DNA of 64,000 nucleotides from a virus (lineage: Duplodnaviria; Caudoviricetes). Position 1 is the stretch's first letter; each line of letters starts with the position of its first letter. This document shows, one piece after another, positions 15,001 through 23,428 of this stretch. The notes under the pieces were generated by a model that worked only from the letters and a program-made list of their open reading frames with translations, had not been told where the DNA came from and did no database searches. The stretch covers positions 190 to 64,189 of the IMG/VR virus record IMGVR_UViG_3300020577_005931. One strand, given 5' to 3'. The position numbers were made by a program, and so were the translations under genes.

Positions 15001-16790
15001 CTGAAAAGAACGGCCCTCTCGAGTTGTTTGGAGACTATACAGCCAAGATGGTCAAGGTGTTCAACAACGTAAGGAAGATGGCGAAAGTTGTTAACTTCCT
15101 CCTTATCTATGGCGGTGATTACCACACCCTGGCTAAGAAGTTGGGTATACCTGAAGAATTCTCCAAGAAGTTGATGGAGTTAGTTTTCAAATCCTACGGG
15201 AGACTGGAGCCTTGGCAGAATGAAACCATAGCATTCGGAGAAAAACACGGTTACGTGCAAACTGCTTATGGCACTCGTCGGCACCTCACAGATGCAATCG
15301 TTAGTCGAGATGAGTTTGTTAAAGGTAGGATGGAGCGCCAGGCAGTCAACTCGACCATACAGGGGTGTTTACAAGCAGGTAGTTTGGTTTCGACAGACAC
15401 AGGGCTAAGGCCTATAGAAAGTTTAGTCGGGGAAGTTTTTGAAGCCGACACTGGGGTTGGGTTCTTCACCGCTACCGCCATTGAGATGGGGAAATGCAAG
15501 GCGGCTCGTATCACTACCTCTAGCGGGTTGGAGATAAACTGCGACATAAGGCATAAAGTAAAAAATTCCAACCTAGAGTGGGTTGACTTTAACGCCCTCA
15601 AGGTAGGGGACGAGATAGCTCTACCATCACTAACGGATAGTGGCTTCACTACATCAGATTACGATGTATCTTGGCCATTTGTCGTAGGGTATTGGCTAGG
15701 TGATGGGTGCTTGATAACCCGTAAGGGACCGAGGAAGACTGATAAACACTTTAGGACCACATTTTCCCTGTGCGGAGGGGAAACTAAAAAACTTATCCTA
15801 GAGGAAATAGTTAGTTTCCTTGCCTCTGAGGGCATTACAGCTATCTTTTCTACTCAAACAAAAGGAAGAAATAAACCTCTTTACGTTGTCACGGTAAACA
15901 GAGCAGAAGATATCAAAGTTATAAGAGGTTGGGGGGTTGTTGAGTCAAACGCCAGGGAAAAGAGAATACCGACCAAAATACTGCAATCTCCTACTGAGGT
16001 AAGAGAGGAGTTTTTAAGGGGGTTTCTATTGGCTGACGGAGCCCGCCGGTTGGGTTACAGGGTCCACACCCCCAATTTAGAGTTGCTGACTCAATTGAGA
16101 ATCTTAGGGGCGTCTATAGGGTTAGATTCTACAAGTGCTGTTACTCCAACTGGAAACTACAGCGAATTCAGTAACTCTTTCATCAGCAGTAGAAGTTACC
16201 CCCACGAATTGATAACTAGACAATTATCAGAAAGTAAGGGAGAAGAGTGGAAGGTTCCTACTGCTAGGAAAGATCGTATCAGTATAGCGGATAGACGAGC
16301 CATGACTTGTGGGAAGGTTAGCCAGAAAGTCGCTGAGAGAGTTTTGAAGAAATACGCGCCTGCGGCGGAAGTTTACAGATTTGATCGGGTGGTCTCATTA
16401 GAGGTTTTAGACAAAGAAGTTAATACTTACACGCTATCAGTCGACCACCCACTCCACCAATTCGTAGCTGACGGGGTAATACACAAAAATTGTGCAGCTG
16501 ACATACTTAAAGTCGTACTTAACAAATGCTACTCAACAAATCTTTTTAACGAAACAAAATCGACACTGATTGCCCCTGTTTACGACGAAACAGTGTCATC
16601 CGTCCCGGCCCATCACGCCGTCGAATACTGCTTCAGGATGCAGGAGTACATGAACATCACTCCACCTGGGCATGCTATCCCAATGATGGGTGAGGTCAGT
16701 ATCGGCAAGAACTGGAACGAACAGGAGGAGCTTGGGGACCACCCAAGCGCCAGGCGTATTGAAGCAGCAATAGAGAGGGCTTTCTCATGA
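12057..16790 (+). CDS. polA: DNA polymerase family A with N-terminal 5'-3' exonuclease, 3'-5' exonuclease and intein
   Basis: EADDVI, DQD, GDTSD..PGVKGFG (5' exo); FDFET, HNAAFE, YGCDD (3' exo); DFSGQELR, KVVNFLLIYG, VYDE (motifs A/B/C). Confidence 0.95.
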   Translation: MTTVARLLGLPRRPRVVLDIKGLLTHSYFSGKDLEQVRDNEGNKTNPAGYGLQVFIDRYLKQILDGFAPLDIIAVWDGGNAYRKSIFPEYKKSRAKEKTGLAALQEQELNKLYKYAKVILAYSGAINLSVDGVEADDVIALLTEKLKGNVMLYTVDQDLMQLASERVVVSFRDTFSEEQEYKGITPEFIPVYKSLVGDTSDEYPGVKGFGPKAFEKLLEIYGEEILPELKRIVEGQLFDELDEAARDNDCKLLRLIHENRSEWKLMYQLAKLHPELCYQMKRNDKIEPKFYTRAPDAGKVLVLLEEAGCSHLEEVFAPFLGGQSLADLTSYDDKAEHLVRNLAESPVVAFDFETYDPVKHQAFIEAASDKTKADGFVDTLSSIPTGGAFTYGNNLQYTFYVPELHRETDNVSNGVSDILKHLDEFWGGPIAVHNAAFECVIAKLNYGVNLSRPVDTMIMSSYVDENERSGLKSCSKKYLGHEQTSYRQLMEETGATDMRGVSGQEVLSYGCDDALMTAHLWKLFDLVCTLEGHIDFYLENETSPVHILNDSFIAGVNVDFARMRELSDSDKQTVEEGVAKIRGLLKDNCTEINEANAEQFFNADKEALRAKLDDKAKSKGWARDRVKAEMDKVLLEYTGKTAYIPLTLVKPEVDFKPTPAQIRKVIELLGWPVELSAKLKSASASSVTEFLMAVDAPVTDETQVMFLEELAAAAKHLNKYKESPELVEAFVNLCSSIMSSSMKETVVGDELNFGSPVQMKELFYLKLGLPVRERTKKTKGSFRDVNGLPGSPATDEVAVMSALLNDCPEGDWRRDVLKTLLDVKEAMTRESLFYSKYPHWVHPRDGVVHPSIRNCGTVTRRPTGGSPNLLQVSKGQTRSIFIPRYTGEVIISIDFSGQELRLTGSESKDKVLIDCYVGGGVRVDEDGMEHPVVKDVHSVTSCAFTTDIVAREAGKEWLPKLEMNSNGFVDYDFFRKVMLHDTEKNGPLELFGDYTAKMVKVFNNVRKMAKVVNFLLIYGGDYHTLAKKLGIPEEFSKKLMELVFKSYGRLEPWQNETIAFGEKHGYVQTAYGTRRHLTDAIVSRDEFVKGRMERQAVNSTIQGCLQAGSLVSTDTGLRPIESLVGEVFEADTGVGFFTATAIEMGKCKAARITTSSGLEINCDIRHKVKNSNLEWVDFNALKVGDEIALPSLTDSGFTTSDYDVSWPFVVGYWLGDGCLITRKGPRKTDKHFRTTFSLCGGETKKLILEEIVSFLASEGITAIFSTQTKGRNKPLYVVTVNRAEDIKVIRGWGVVESNAREKRIPTKILQSPTEVREEFLRGFLLADGARRLGYRVHTPNLELLTQLRILGASIGLDSTSAVTPTGNYSEFSNSFISSRSYPHELITRQLSESKGEEWKVPTARKDRISIADRRAMTCGKVSQKVAERVLKKYAPAAEVYRFDRVVSLEVLDKEVNTYTLSVDHPLHQFVADGVIHKNCAADILKVVLNKCYSTNLFNETKSTLIAPVYDETVSSVPAHHAVEYCFRMQEYMNITPPGHAIPMMGEVSIGKNWNEQEELGDHPSARRIEAAIERAFS
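15366..16490 (+). mobile_element. Intein with LAGLIDADG homing endonuclease (375 aa) in polA
   Basis: Starts CLQAGSLV after NSTIQG, ends GVIHKN before CAADILK; VVGYWLGDG and LRGFLLADG blocks. Confidence 0.95.
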
Positions 16791-18085
16791 GAGAGATAAT
16801 TTTCAACGAAGAACAGGAAGCGGCTATCACTGACATGCTCGACTTCCTTAACGGATCAGGAAACTTCTACCTGCTGCAGGGCTACGCCGGTACTGGTAAG
16901 ACAACCTGCATCTCTGAAGTGATCCGCAGGTACGGAAAAGCCACTGCGTTGACTGCCCCGACCAACAAGGCTACCCGCGTCCTGATAGAAACTTCCAGAC
17001 GGGCCGGTATCGTTGTGGACTGCATGACCATCTACTCACTCATGGGGTTGAAGCTGCGCGGGGTCGGGGAGAAGCAGCAGATCTTCCCTGAAGGCGATAG
17101 CAAGATGATTCAGTACAACCTGATCGTCATTGATGAAGCCTCAATGGTCAAAGAAGACCTGTTCAACCTGATTTGTGAGCAAGCGATGTCACTTAACAGG
17201 AAGATCATCTTCATGGGCGACCCTGCCCAGCTGCCGCCCATCAACGAGAAAGAGAGTAAGGTATTTGAGCTGATCGAAAGGAAGTCAGTGTTAATGAAAG
17301 TAATGCGGCACGATAACCAGATCCTCACACTGGCGACTCGTATCAGGAAAGCATGGGATGGTACTGGTGAACCAGACGGCCTGTTCTGCACCGACAACGA
17401 CGAGAACGGCGGCGTCTGGTGCATGGACTCGAAGAAGTTCCTTGGCAAGGTCAAGACAGCCTTTACGTCCGAGACCTACAAGGACGACCCATCGAAGGTC
17501 AGAATCATTGCCTGGACCAATGAAGCCGTCAGGGAGTACAACAGTTATGTCAGGGAGCTTTTGTACGGCGAAGAAGCTCATAAGCCTTTCCACATCGATG
17601 AGCGGGTGATCGCATGTCGTCCAGTCATTGATGCTGTTGCCAAGAAAGAAACCAGGATGACTGAAATAGTCATGACGACTGACGAGGAAGGTGTGGTCAT
17701 ATCGATAAAGCAGGAGCCTCATCCTATCTATGCCAGCTTCAACTGCAATGCCCTTGAGGTTGAGTGCGATGACGGATCGGTGGCCACCTGTTACGTCATC
17801 CTGCCGGAGGAGGAAGAGCGGTTGAACAAAACTCTGGACAACATGGCCAGGGATGCCAAGTCCGGGAAGGGTTCATGGAAATCTTTCTGGGAGATGAAAG
17901 AGCTGTTCTCTGACATCCGTCCTTGCCACGCACTGACAGCGCATCGATCACAGGGTAGCACCTATGACACTGCCCTCGTTGATGTAGGGAACATCATGCT
18001 GAACCGTCGCCACAAGGAGATGCTCCAGTGCTTGTATGTTGCCGTGTCCAGGGCATCACGTATCGTGTGCGCGAGGACAAGGTGA
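16787..18085 (+). CDS. Dda/RecD-like SF1B helicase
   Basis: GYAGTGKT, IDEASMV, GDPAQLPP, HRSQGSTY, LYVAVSRA. Confidence 0.92.
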   Translation: MREIIFNEEQEAAITDMLDFLNGSGNFYLLQGYAGTGKTTCISEVIRRYGKATALTAPTNKATRVLIETSRRAGIVVDCMTIYSLMGLKLRGVGEKQQIFPEGDSKMIQYNLIVIDEASMVKEDLFNLICEQAMSLNRKIIFMGDPAQLPPINEKESKVFELIERKSVLMKVMRHDNQILTLATRIRKAWDGTGEPDGLFCTDNDENGGVWCMDSKKFLGKVKTAFTSETYKDDPSKVRIIAWTNEAVREYNSYVRELLYGEEAHKPFHIDERVIACRPVIDAVAKKETRMTEIVMTTDEEGVVISIKQEPHPIYASFNCNALEVECDDGSVATCYVILPEEEERLNKTLDNMARDAKSGKGSWKSFWEMKELFSDIRPCHALTAHRSQGSTYDTALVDVGNIMLNRRHKEMLQCLYVAVSRASRIVCARTR

Positions 18086-18564
18086 TGGCAGGCAAGACCG
18101 CTCAAGAGAAAGGCTATGACTTCGAGGACTTCACTCAGGCCGTTCTGTTCAGGTTGAGGGAGCATAGCCGGGCAGCTTTCCACCGGTTCTATGACACCAA
18201 GTCTACAGCCGGTGGAATCCTCCCAGGTCAACCCGGGGACTTCCTCCTGGTCAAGAGTGGTGTAGCCCTGATCATTGAGTGCAAGAGCAGTGTGGTTGAG
18301 CCAACCATGAGCAGGAAGTACATCTCCAGTTCAGTCGATACCGAGCAGGCCGCAAAGATGTGGGTGTTCACCAGGGCTGGTGCCAAGGGCATCTACCTGT
18401 TCTATTCCGAGCTCACCGACAAGATTGAAGTGTGGCCTTGCGGGCACATTCGCACGGTGGCGGTAACGCCGAGGATGCAACCAGACCAGGGCCAAAGGAT
18501 AGACGTGTTCTCTAAAGATAAAGACCAACTGTATTCATTTCTTGAAAACTTCATGAGGAACTGA
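18085..18564 (+). CDS. PD-(D/E)XK nuclease, RecU-like Holliday junction resolvase candidate
   Basis: GYDFED, PGDFLLV, IIECKS; TGATG coupling gives start 18085. Confidence 0.75.
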   Translation: MAGKTAQEKGYDFEDFTQAVLFRLREHSRAAFHRFYDTKSTAGGILPGQPGDFLLVKSGVALIIECKSSVVEPTMSRKYISSSVDTEQAAKMWVFTRAGAKGIYLFYSELTDKIEVWPCGHIRTVAVTPRMQPDQGQRIDVFSKDKDQLYSFLENFMRN

Positions 18565-18566
18565 AA

Positions 18567-19634
18567 ATGAAAGGCATCAACTTCTTCACCGACCCGCACC
18601 TTGGAAAGAACCTCGTCGCCAACACTACCCCGGAAAGCCGGGCCAGGATGACAGATGATATGTTCAACAGGGTTAACATTGAGGAGTTTGTCACCACTCC
18701 TACCATGTGCCTTGGGGATCTGTTTGACAAGTTCGACAACTCGGCCAGGGTGGTTATGCAAGGCGCTGTCATTGCTGGCTTCTGCAAAGCAATCCTCGGC
18801 GGCAACCACGACTTCGAGAACCGCAAGGACTCTTACAGCTCACTTGACTTGCTGTCTGATATGTCAGTTGGCGGAGTTATGGTTAGGCCTGAGTACGGGG
18901 TTGCTGTCGCAGGTGTGGTCCTTTCTTCAGAGGATGCAACAGTGGTAATGGTGCCTCACCACTGCGATCAGGAGCTGTTCATGCAGGCATTGGACAAAGC
19001 CTGTGCTTACACTACTCAAGGCACCAGCTTCTTGCTGCTGCACTGCAACTACGACTGCGATCACATTACCAACGACATCGCGCTAAACCTTGACAAGCCA
19101 ACTGCTATCAAACTGCTTGAACACTTTGATTACATCTTGATCGGGCACGACCACAATGCCAAGACAGACTTCGACGGGCGGCTGCATGTCATAGGCTCAG
19201 CTAACCCCACCTGTTTCGGGGACTGCCACGTTGACCACGGCTATCTTTTCTGGGACGCAGAGACAAAACAACTGGAGAGAAAAATCCTGTGGTCTGCCGC
19301 TGAGAAATATCTGGAAATTGATGCCTCTGATTTTATAGCAGCCGATGCGGTGGTTGGTTACGACTTCATCAGGGTAACTGGAAGGGTCTCATCGACCCAG
19401 GTTCCTGAGTTATCGAAGAAAGTTAAATCAGTGTGGAAGTCCGACTCTCCGCCATACGCTCTCAGGGTTGACGCCTCAGTCGTGGTGGATACAGCTGTCG
19501 CTGACGCAGAGTCAGCCGAGCAAGGTAAACCGATCAGCTTTTTCCAGAAGGTCGAATCCTCCGTTGAGAAAGACCCTGAACTGCTGGCTATCTGGAATGA
19601 AATAACTGCTGAACTGAAAAAAGGAGAAGGCTAA
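18567..19634 (+). CDS. sbcD: Mre11/SbcD-like metallophosphoesterase nuclease
   Basis: TDPHLG, LGDLFD, GNHD, GHDH. Confidence 0.9.
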   Translation: MKGINFFTDPHLGKNLVANTTPESRARMTDDMFNRVNIEEFVTTPTMCLGDLFDKFDNSARVVMQGAVIAGFCKAILGGNHDFENRKDSYSSLDLLSDMSVGGVMVRPEYGVAVAGVVLSSEDATVVMVPHHCDQELFMQALDKACAYTTQGTSFLLLHCNYDCDHITNDIALNLDKPTAIKLLEHFDYILIGHDHNAKTDFDGRLHVIGSANPTCFGDCHVDHGYLFWDAETKQLERKILWSAAEKYLEIDASDFIAADAVVGYDFIRVTGRVSSTQVPELSKKVKSVWKSDSPPYALRVDASVVVDTAVADAESAEQGKPISFFQKVESSVEKDPELLAIWNEITAELKKGEG

Positions 19635-21835
19635 TGATTACTTCGCTTAAACTGGAAAATTTCCGTAAGCACAAGTCACTGGAGGTTAACTTCACGCCAG
19701 GCATGAATGGCATATTCGGTCCCAACTACACCGGCAAGAGCACTATCCTTTACGGAATCCTCTTTGCGCTAGGGGGGATAAAAGCCGTCCCTTGCAAGGC
19801 CGTGGTTAAATCCGGCTGCACAACATTCTCGGTCGAGATGGACTTCCTCGTTGACGGTGAGGCCTACAAGGTTATCCGGACTAAATCCACTGACAGGATT
19901 TTCAAGGGAGATGAGCAGATTGCCAACGGTGCCAGCGTGGTCAACCGTGAAGTTGAAAAGCTGCTGGGCATGAGCATCAAACGGTTCTCACAGATTCGCT
20001 ACTCCAGGCAGAAGTTCACCTCTGCCTTGCTGACGCTCGGCTCAACTGAACTGCACAACATCCTCTCCGACGTAAGCGGTGCTGATTTCGTACAGACTGT
20101 CCTCGAAAGACTTTCAGACCTCCGCAAGAAAGTTGAGGGGCAGCTGGACGGTCGTTCGGTTGTTGACCTGACCCCGTTGGAAGCTGAACTGGCCGAGCTT
20201 GGCAAAGAGATTGAAACCGCCCGGCAGGTAAAGCTCTCTGCCGAGCAGGACTTTGCAGGGGCGTCCGGTAAGGTTACCGCCTTGAAATCCAGGAAGAAGG
20301 AAGCCGAGCGGATTGAGGAAGCCAACCGCACGATCCTGTTCCAGACCAACACACTCACCGGCAAGCAGTCTCAGCTGGCCGAGGAGATGGCTTCCCTGGA
20401 GGTTGAAGGGCAGCGTTGGGAAGGTGAGGGGCAGGGTAAGCTGGAGGCGCTGGAAACTTCCCTCGACCTTCTCAGGAAGGAATTCAAGGCCCTGAAAGAG
20501 GTGCGCGACAGTGCTGTGGAGCATGAGAAACTCATCGACCGACTGGAGCACCAGCTCGAAGGGCTGGATGAGCTGATCGACCAGGCCTATGGCCGGCTGG
20601 GTGACGCCGCCGATCTCCTTGAGGCTTCGCCCGGGCCGTCACAGGAACTGATTGACCAATCCCTGAAGGCGGCGACTGAGCTGGAATCCCTAAACAAGGT
20701 TCGGGTCGGTTATGAGGTGGAGCTCGGGAACCTGAAGAAGGCGGCCGACCCTGACAGCAGGGTGTGCCCGTCCTGCCACCGGGAGTATGACGATGTTCGC
20801 TGCCTGGATGACCTGCATTCCCAGATTGCAAAGGTCGAGGGGCTTCTGGCCGAGGTTGTGGGTAAAGTTGGCGTTGCTGAGCTGGAGGTCAACCAGTCAT
20901 CCGCCGCTTGCCGGCAGGAAGTCGCGGACTTCAGCAGGGCCACCATAGCCAAGGAATCCGCCCAGAGGGATTACGACATGGGGCTTTCAAAGAGGGCTGA
21001 GCTGCAAACCCAGCTGGAGGCCGCCCGCCTCGCTGCCGCTGGCATGAAGCCCGCCGGCGACCTGGCTGTCGAGGTTGAATCCAAGCAGGCCGCCTGCGAA
21101 AAGATGGGTGCCGAGATCCGGGCCTGCGAGGAGTTCCTGAGAAGGCTCGGCAAGGCCCAAAAATCCATGGCGTCGGTCAAGGCCGAACTGGAAGCCCTGC
21201 CGGAGCTCACCCCCCACTCTGACAGCTCTGCTGAGCTCGGGGAGTTGCTGGAGGTCGCTGAAGCCGACCTGGAGGTGGTGCGGGCCAGGGTTACCGCCCT
21301 GTCCTCAACCCTGGCCGACAGGGCCGCCCGGCATCGAGAGCTTGACCTCAACCTCGAACGCGGCAAGGCCGAAAACGAGTTGGCCTCTCGACTCACCAGC
21401 AGGCTGGCGGCGATCAAGGCGCTCCACAAGTTCCTGTACGGGTCTAAGGATGAATACATGCGCGAGGTCTGGGCCGCTCTGATGGCCGATGCTAGTCAGC
21501 TGGTTTCGCAGGCCACTGCAGGCGCTCTGGGCAGCATGGAGAGGACTGAGGACGGCCAGTTCAGCTACCAGGAGGGTGAGCACAGCTACGCGGTCTCCGA
21601 GGCTTCTGGGGCCCAGCAGGCAATCATGGGGCTGGCGGTTCAGACAGCCCTTGCCAAAGTCCTTCCCCCGGTGTTCGACGTTCTACTGGTGGACGAGCCC
21701 TCGGCAGACATGGATGACGAACACTCAATGACCCTGAGCATGCTCCTGCCCTCCAGGGCGGCCCAGGTCATCTGTGTATCACATGCCCGGATGGATAGCT
21801 CCACCTGTGCCAATGTGATTGATCTGGGGGCTTGA
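19634..21835 (+). CDS. sbcC: Rad50/SbcC-like SMC ATPase
   Basis: GPNYTGKS Walker A, coiled coil, CPSC zinc hook, ASGAQ signature, LLVDEP Walker B. Confidence 0.92.
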   Translation: MITSLKLENFRKHKSLEVNFTPGMNGIFGPNYTGKSTILYGILFALGGIKAVPCKAVVKSGCTTFSVEMDFLVDGEAYKVIRTKSTDRIFKGDEQIANGASVVNREVEKLLGMSIKRFSQIRYSRQKFTSALLTLGSTELHNILSDVSGADFVQTVLERLSDLRKKVEGQLDGRSVVDLTPLEAELAELGKEIETARQVKLSAEQDFAGASGKVTALKSRKKEAERIEEANRTILFQTNTLTGKQSQLAEEMASLEVEGQRWEGEGQGKLEALETSLDLLRKEFKALKEVRDSAVEHEKLIDRLEHQLEGLDELIDQAYGRLGDAADLLEASPGPSQELIDQSLKAATELESLNKVRVGYEVELGNLKKAADPDSRVCPSCHREYDDVRCLDDLHSQIAKVEGLLAEVVGKVGVAELEVNQSSAACRQEVADFSRATIAKESAQRDYDMGLSKRAELQTQLEAARLAAAGMKPAGDLAVEVESKQAACEKMGAEIRACEEFLRRLGKAQKSMASVKAELEALPELTPHSDSSAELGELLEVAEADLEVVRARVTALSSTLADRAARHRELDLNLERGKAENELASRLTSRLAAIKALHKFLYGSKDEYMREVWAALMADASQLVSQATAGALGSMERTEDGQFSYQEGEHSYAVSEASGAQQAIMGLAVQTALAKVLPPVFDVLLVDEPSADMDDEHSMTLSMLLPSRAAQVICVSHARMDSSTCANVIDLGA

Positions 21836-21871
21836 CCGATCTGAGTGCTGCCATATCATAGGGCGGCACTC
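21832..21871 (+). promoter_or_regulatory. Possible promoter embedded in hairpin
   Basis: TTGACC-16 bp-TATCAT; GAGTGCTGCC/GGCGGCACTC inverted repeat flanks the -10. Confidence 0.45.
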
Positions 21872-21898
21872 CAACTTTAACTTAAAGAGGAAGCAGAT

Positions 21899-22141
21899 AT
21901 GCCTAAAGTTCTTTTGCAATTAACCGGCGACACTTTGAAAGGTGCCACTCCAGGAGGGGAATACTCCCTAGTAGCTGGCGCGGCTGACCTTACTGAGGCG
22001 GGCGCAACATTCGCCTCCGCTTTCGGTCAGGTGAGCATCCCTTCCCGCTTGGTCGGCCCGGTGCTTGTCATTGACGACTCCGTAGACCTCAACGATGCCT
22101 TTGCTGATCGCCAAGATGTGCTGGTTCTCAACAACGGCTGA
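21899..22141 (+). CDS. Hypothetical protein (stand-alone unit)
   Basis: AGAGG RBS; 80 aa; last plus-strand gene before convergence. Confidence 0.7.
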   Translation: MPKVLLQLTGDTLKGATPGGEYSLVAGAADLTEAGATFASAFGQVSIPSRLVGPVLVIDDSVDLNDAFADRQDVLVLNNG

Positions 22142-22161
22142 ATCTGAACTCGATATAATCC

Positions 22162-22217
22162 ACCGGGTGAACTACGGTGTTAACACGATTATCACCGTAG
22201 TCCCCGGCTTCTCTTTC
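22162..22217 (+). terminator. Probable intrinsic terminator
   Basis: ccggg..actacggtg / caccgtagt.cccgg stem followed by cttctctttc. Confidence 0.55.
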
Positions 22218-22502
22218 GTTAGATCCCCAGAGGAAGTTATCCGAGACAAGAAGGGGAGTGAAGTTGAAGTTGCCTTCTTGAAAACCCATCAGCTACACCA
22301 GCATGGCCTCCCTTCCGGCAACCTAGCCATCGGGCTAGCGGTTAAAACTAGAACAGCCGCCGCGATGGTTCGAGTAATGAGTAAGGGGCGGTTTGGCAGG
22401 GAGCGTCCTTGCTGGCTTGTCCTAACCAGCGCATCCTTAACCCCTTATCAATTAACTAGCTCTAGGCGAAAATCCGCAGGGCTGATGGTCCATTCTTTCG
22501 AT

Positions 22503-22772
22503 TCATTTTTCATTGGTGCCGATCATTTTTGACACCCATTCCTGCAGTGACGCTAGCCTCTGCGCCGTCTCGTGGTACGTCGAGTAATTTTCCACCACAA
22601 TCTGCGCCGCCTCCTGGGCTGGGACATCCCCCTGTCCTCCCAAGACCGTCAAAGGTTCAGGGGGAATCATTAAGGCTGGGGGAGGGGTCGGGAAGTTTGT
22701 TTCTGGCGGCAGCGTCGTGGAGCACCCGGAAACCAGCAGGCAGAGGACAAGAATCTTGGGGGACATAGACAT
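22503..22772 (-). CDS. Rz1: o-spanin (Rz1-like lipoprotein)
   Basis: Lipobox LLVSGC, Pro-rich; overlaps 3' end of i-spanin. Confidence 0.85.
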   Translation of the reverse strand: MSMSPKILVLCLLVSGCSTTLPPETNFPTPPPALMIPPEPLTVLGGQGDVPAQEAAQIVVENYSTYHETAQRLASLQEWVSKMIGTNEK

Positions 22773-23037
22773 TCACCTTCTTGATTATAGTGGTCGCGTT
22801 CTTCTTCAACTCATTCATCTTGACTTCATAGCTTTCCACTACCTTGTTGGTAGCCCTATCCCTGACTTCCTTCAACCCCACTGAAGCCCGCTCAGAGGCT
22901 AGTTTCTCTGCATCCCACTTTCTCTGCACTGAGTCAGCGCCGTTTGAGTGGCCTATCGCATACAGGGTAGCCACTACTAACAGGGTCAGCACCACCCTTA
23001 TGACTACAGGGTTGGCTAAGACAGATAACCAATTCAC
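22657..23037 (-). CDS. Rz: i-spanin (Rz-like)
   Basis: N-terminal TM, coiled coil, single C-terminal Cys. Confidence 0.85.
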   Translation of the reverse strand: MNWLSVLANPVVIRVVLTLLVVATLYAIGHSNGADSVQRKWDAEKLASERASVGLKEVRDRATNKVVESYEVKMNELKKNATTIIKKVNVYVPQDSCPLPAGFRVLHDAAARNKLPDPSPSLNDSP

Positions 23038-23318
23038 TAAGGGTTCCTGGCTATCGTGGATAAAACTCTCACTATGAACCTAACTACCCTGTCGAACCGC
23101 CCAACTAGCTCATCGTCGCCGGTTTCTGGGGTTATCTTGGTCAAGGCAGTTAGGGGCTCCACCAACATGGAGGCAGCGCCGACTATAGTGGTGAGCATTA
23201 TCACTCCGGCGGCCACTCTAGCTTTGACTGGGTATTGCTGACTCAAGTCGTACAGGAACACGAGTATTTGGATCAGGAGGTCTTGGTTTTGCGCGGAAGT
23301 CATCTCCATACCTCCCAT
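23037..23318 (-). CDS. Small membrane protein in lysis cassette
   Basis: One hydrophobic segment; TPxxxDD motif. Confidence 0.65.
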   Translation of the reverse strand: MGGMEMTSAQNQDLLIQILVFLYDLSQQYPVKARVAAGVIMLTTIVGAASMLVEPLTALTKITPETGDDELVGRFDRVVRFIVRVLSTIARNP

Positions 23319-23428
23319 AACAAGTGGGATGGAGGAGGAGGGGCGGGAGTGGATTTCGCCCCTGCGTAAGCAGCGACAACCATGCAGTGCAGCCCGATGA
23401 AAAGTAGGGAAAGATACCTAAGCCTCAT
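23300..23428 (-). CDS. Possible 42-aa membrane peptide
   Basis: MRLRYLSLLFIGLHCMVVAAYAG...; overlaps endolysin stop and fills the gap exactly. Confidence 0.4.
   Translation of the reverse strand: MRLRYLSLLFIGLHCMVVAAYAGAKSTPAPPPPSHLLWEVWR

Noticed and set aside
22366-22376. tRNA T-loop-like GGTTCGAGT (also GTTCGACTCC near 42459)
   Set aside because: No T-stem pairing or cloverleaf around either
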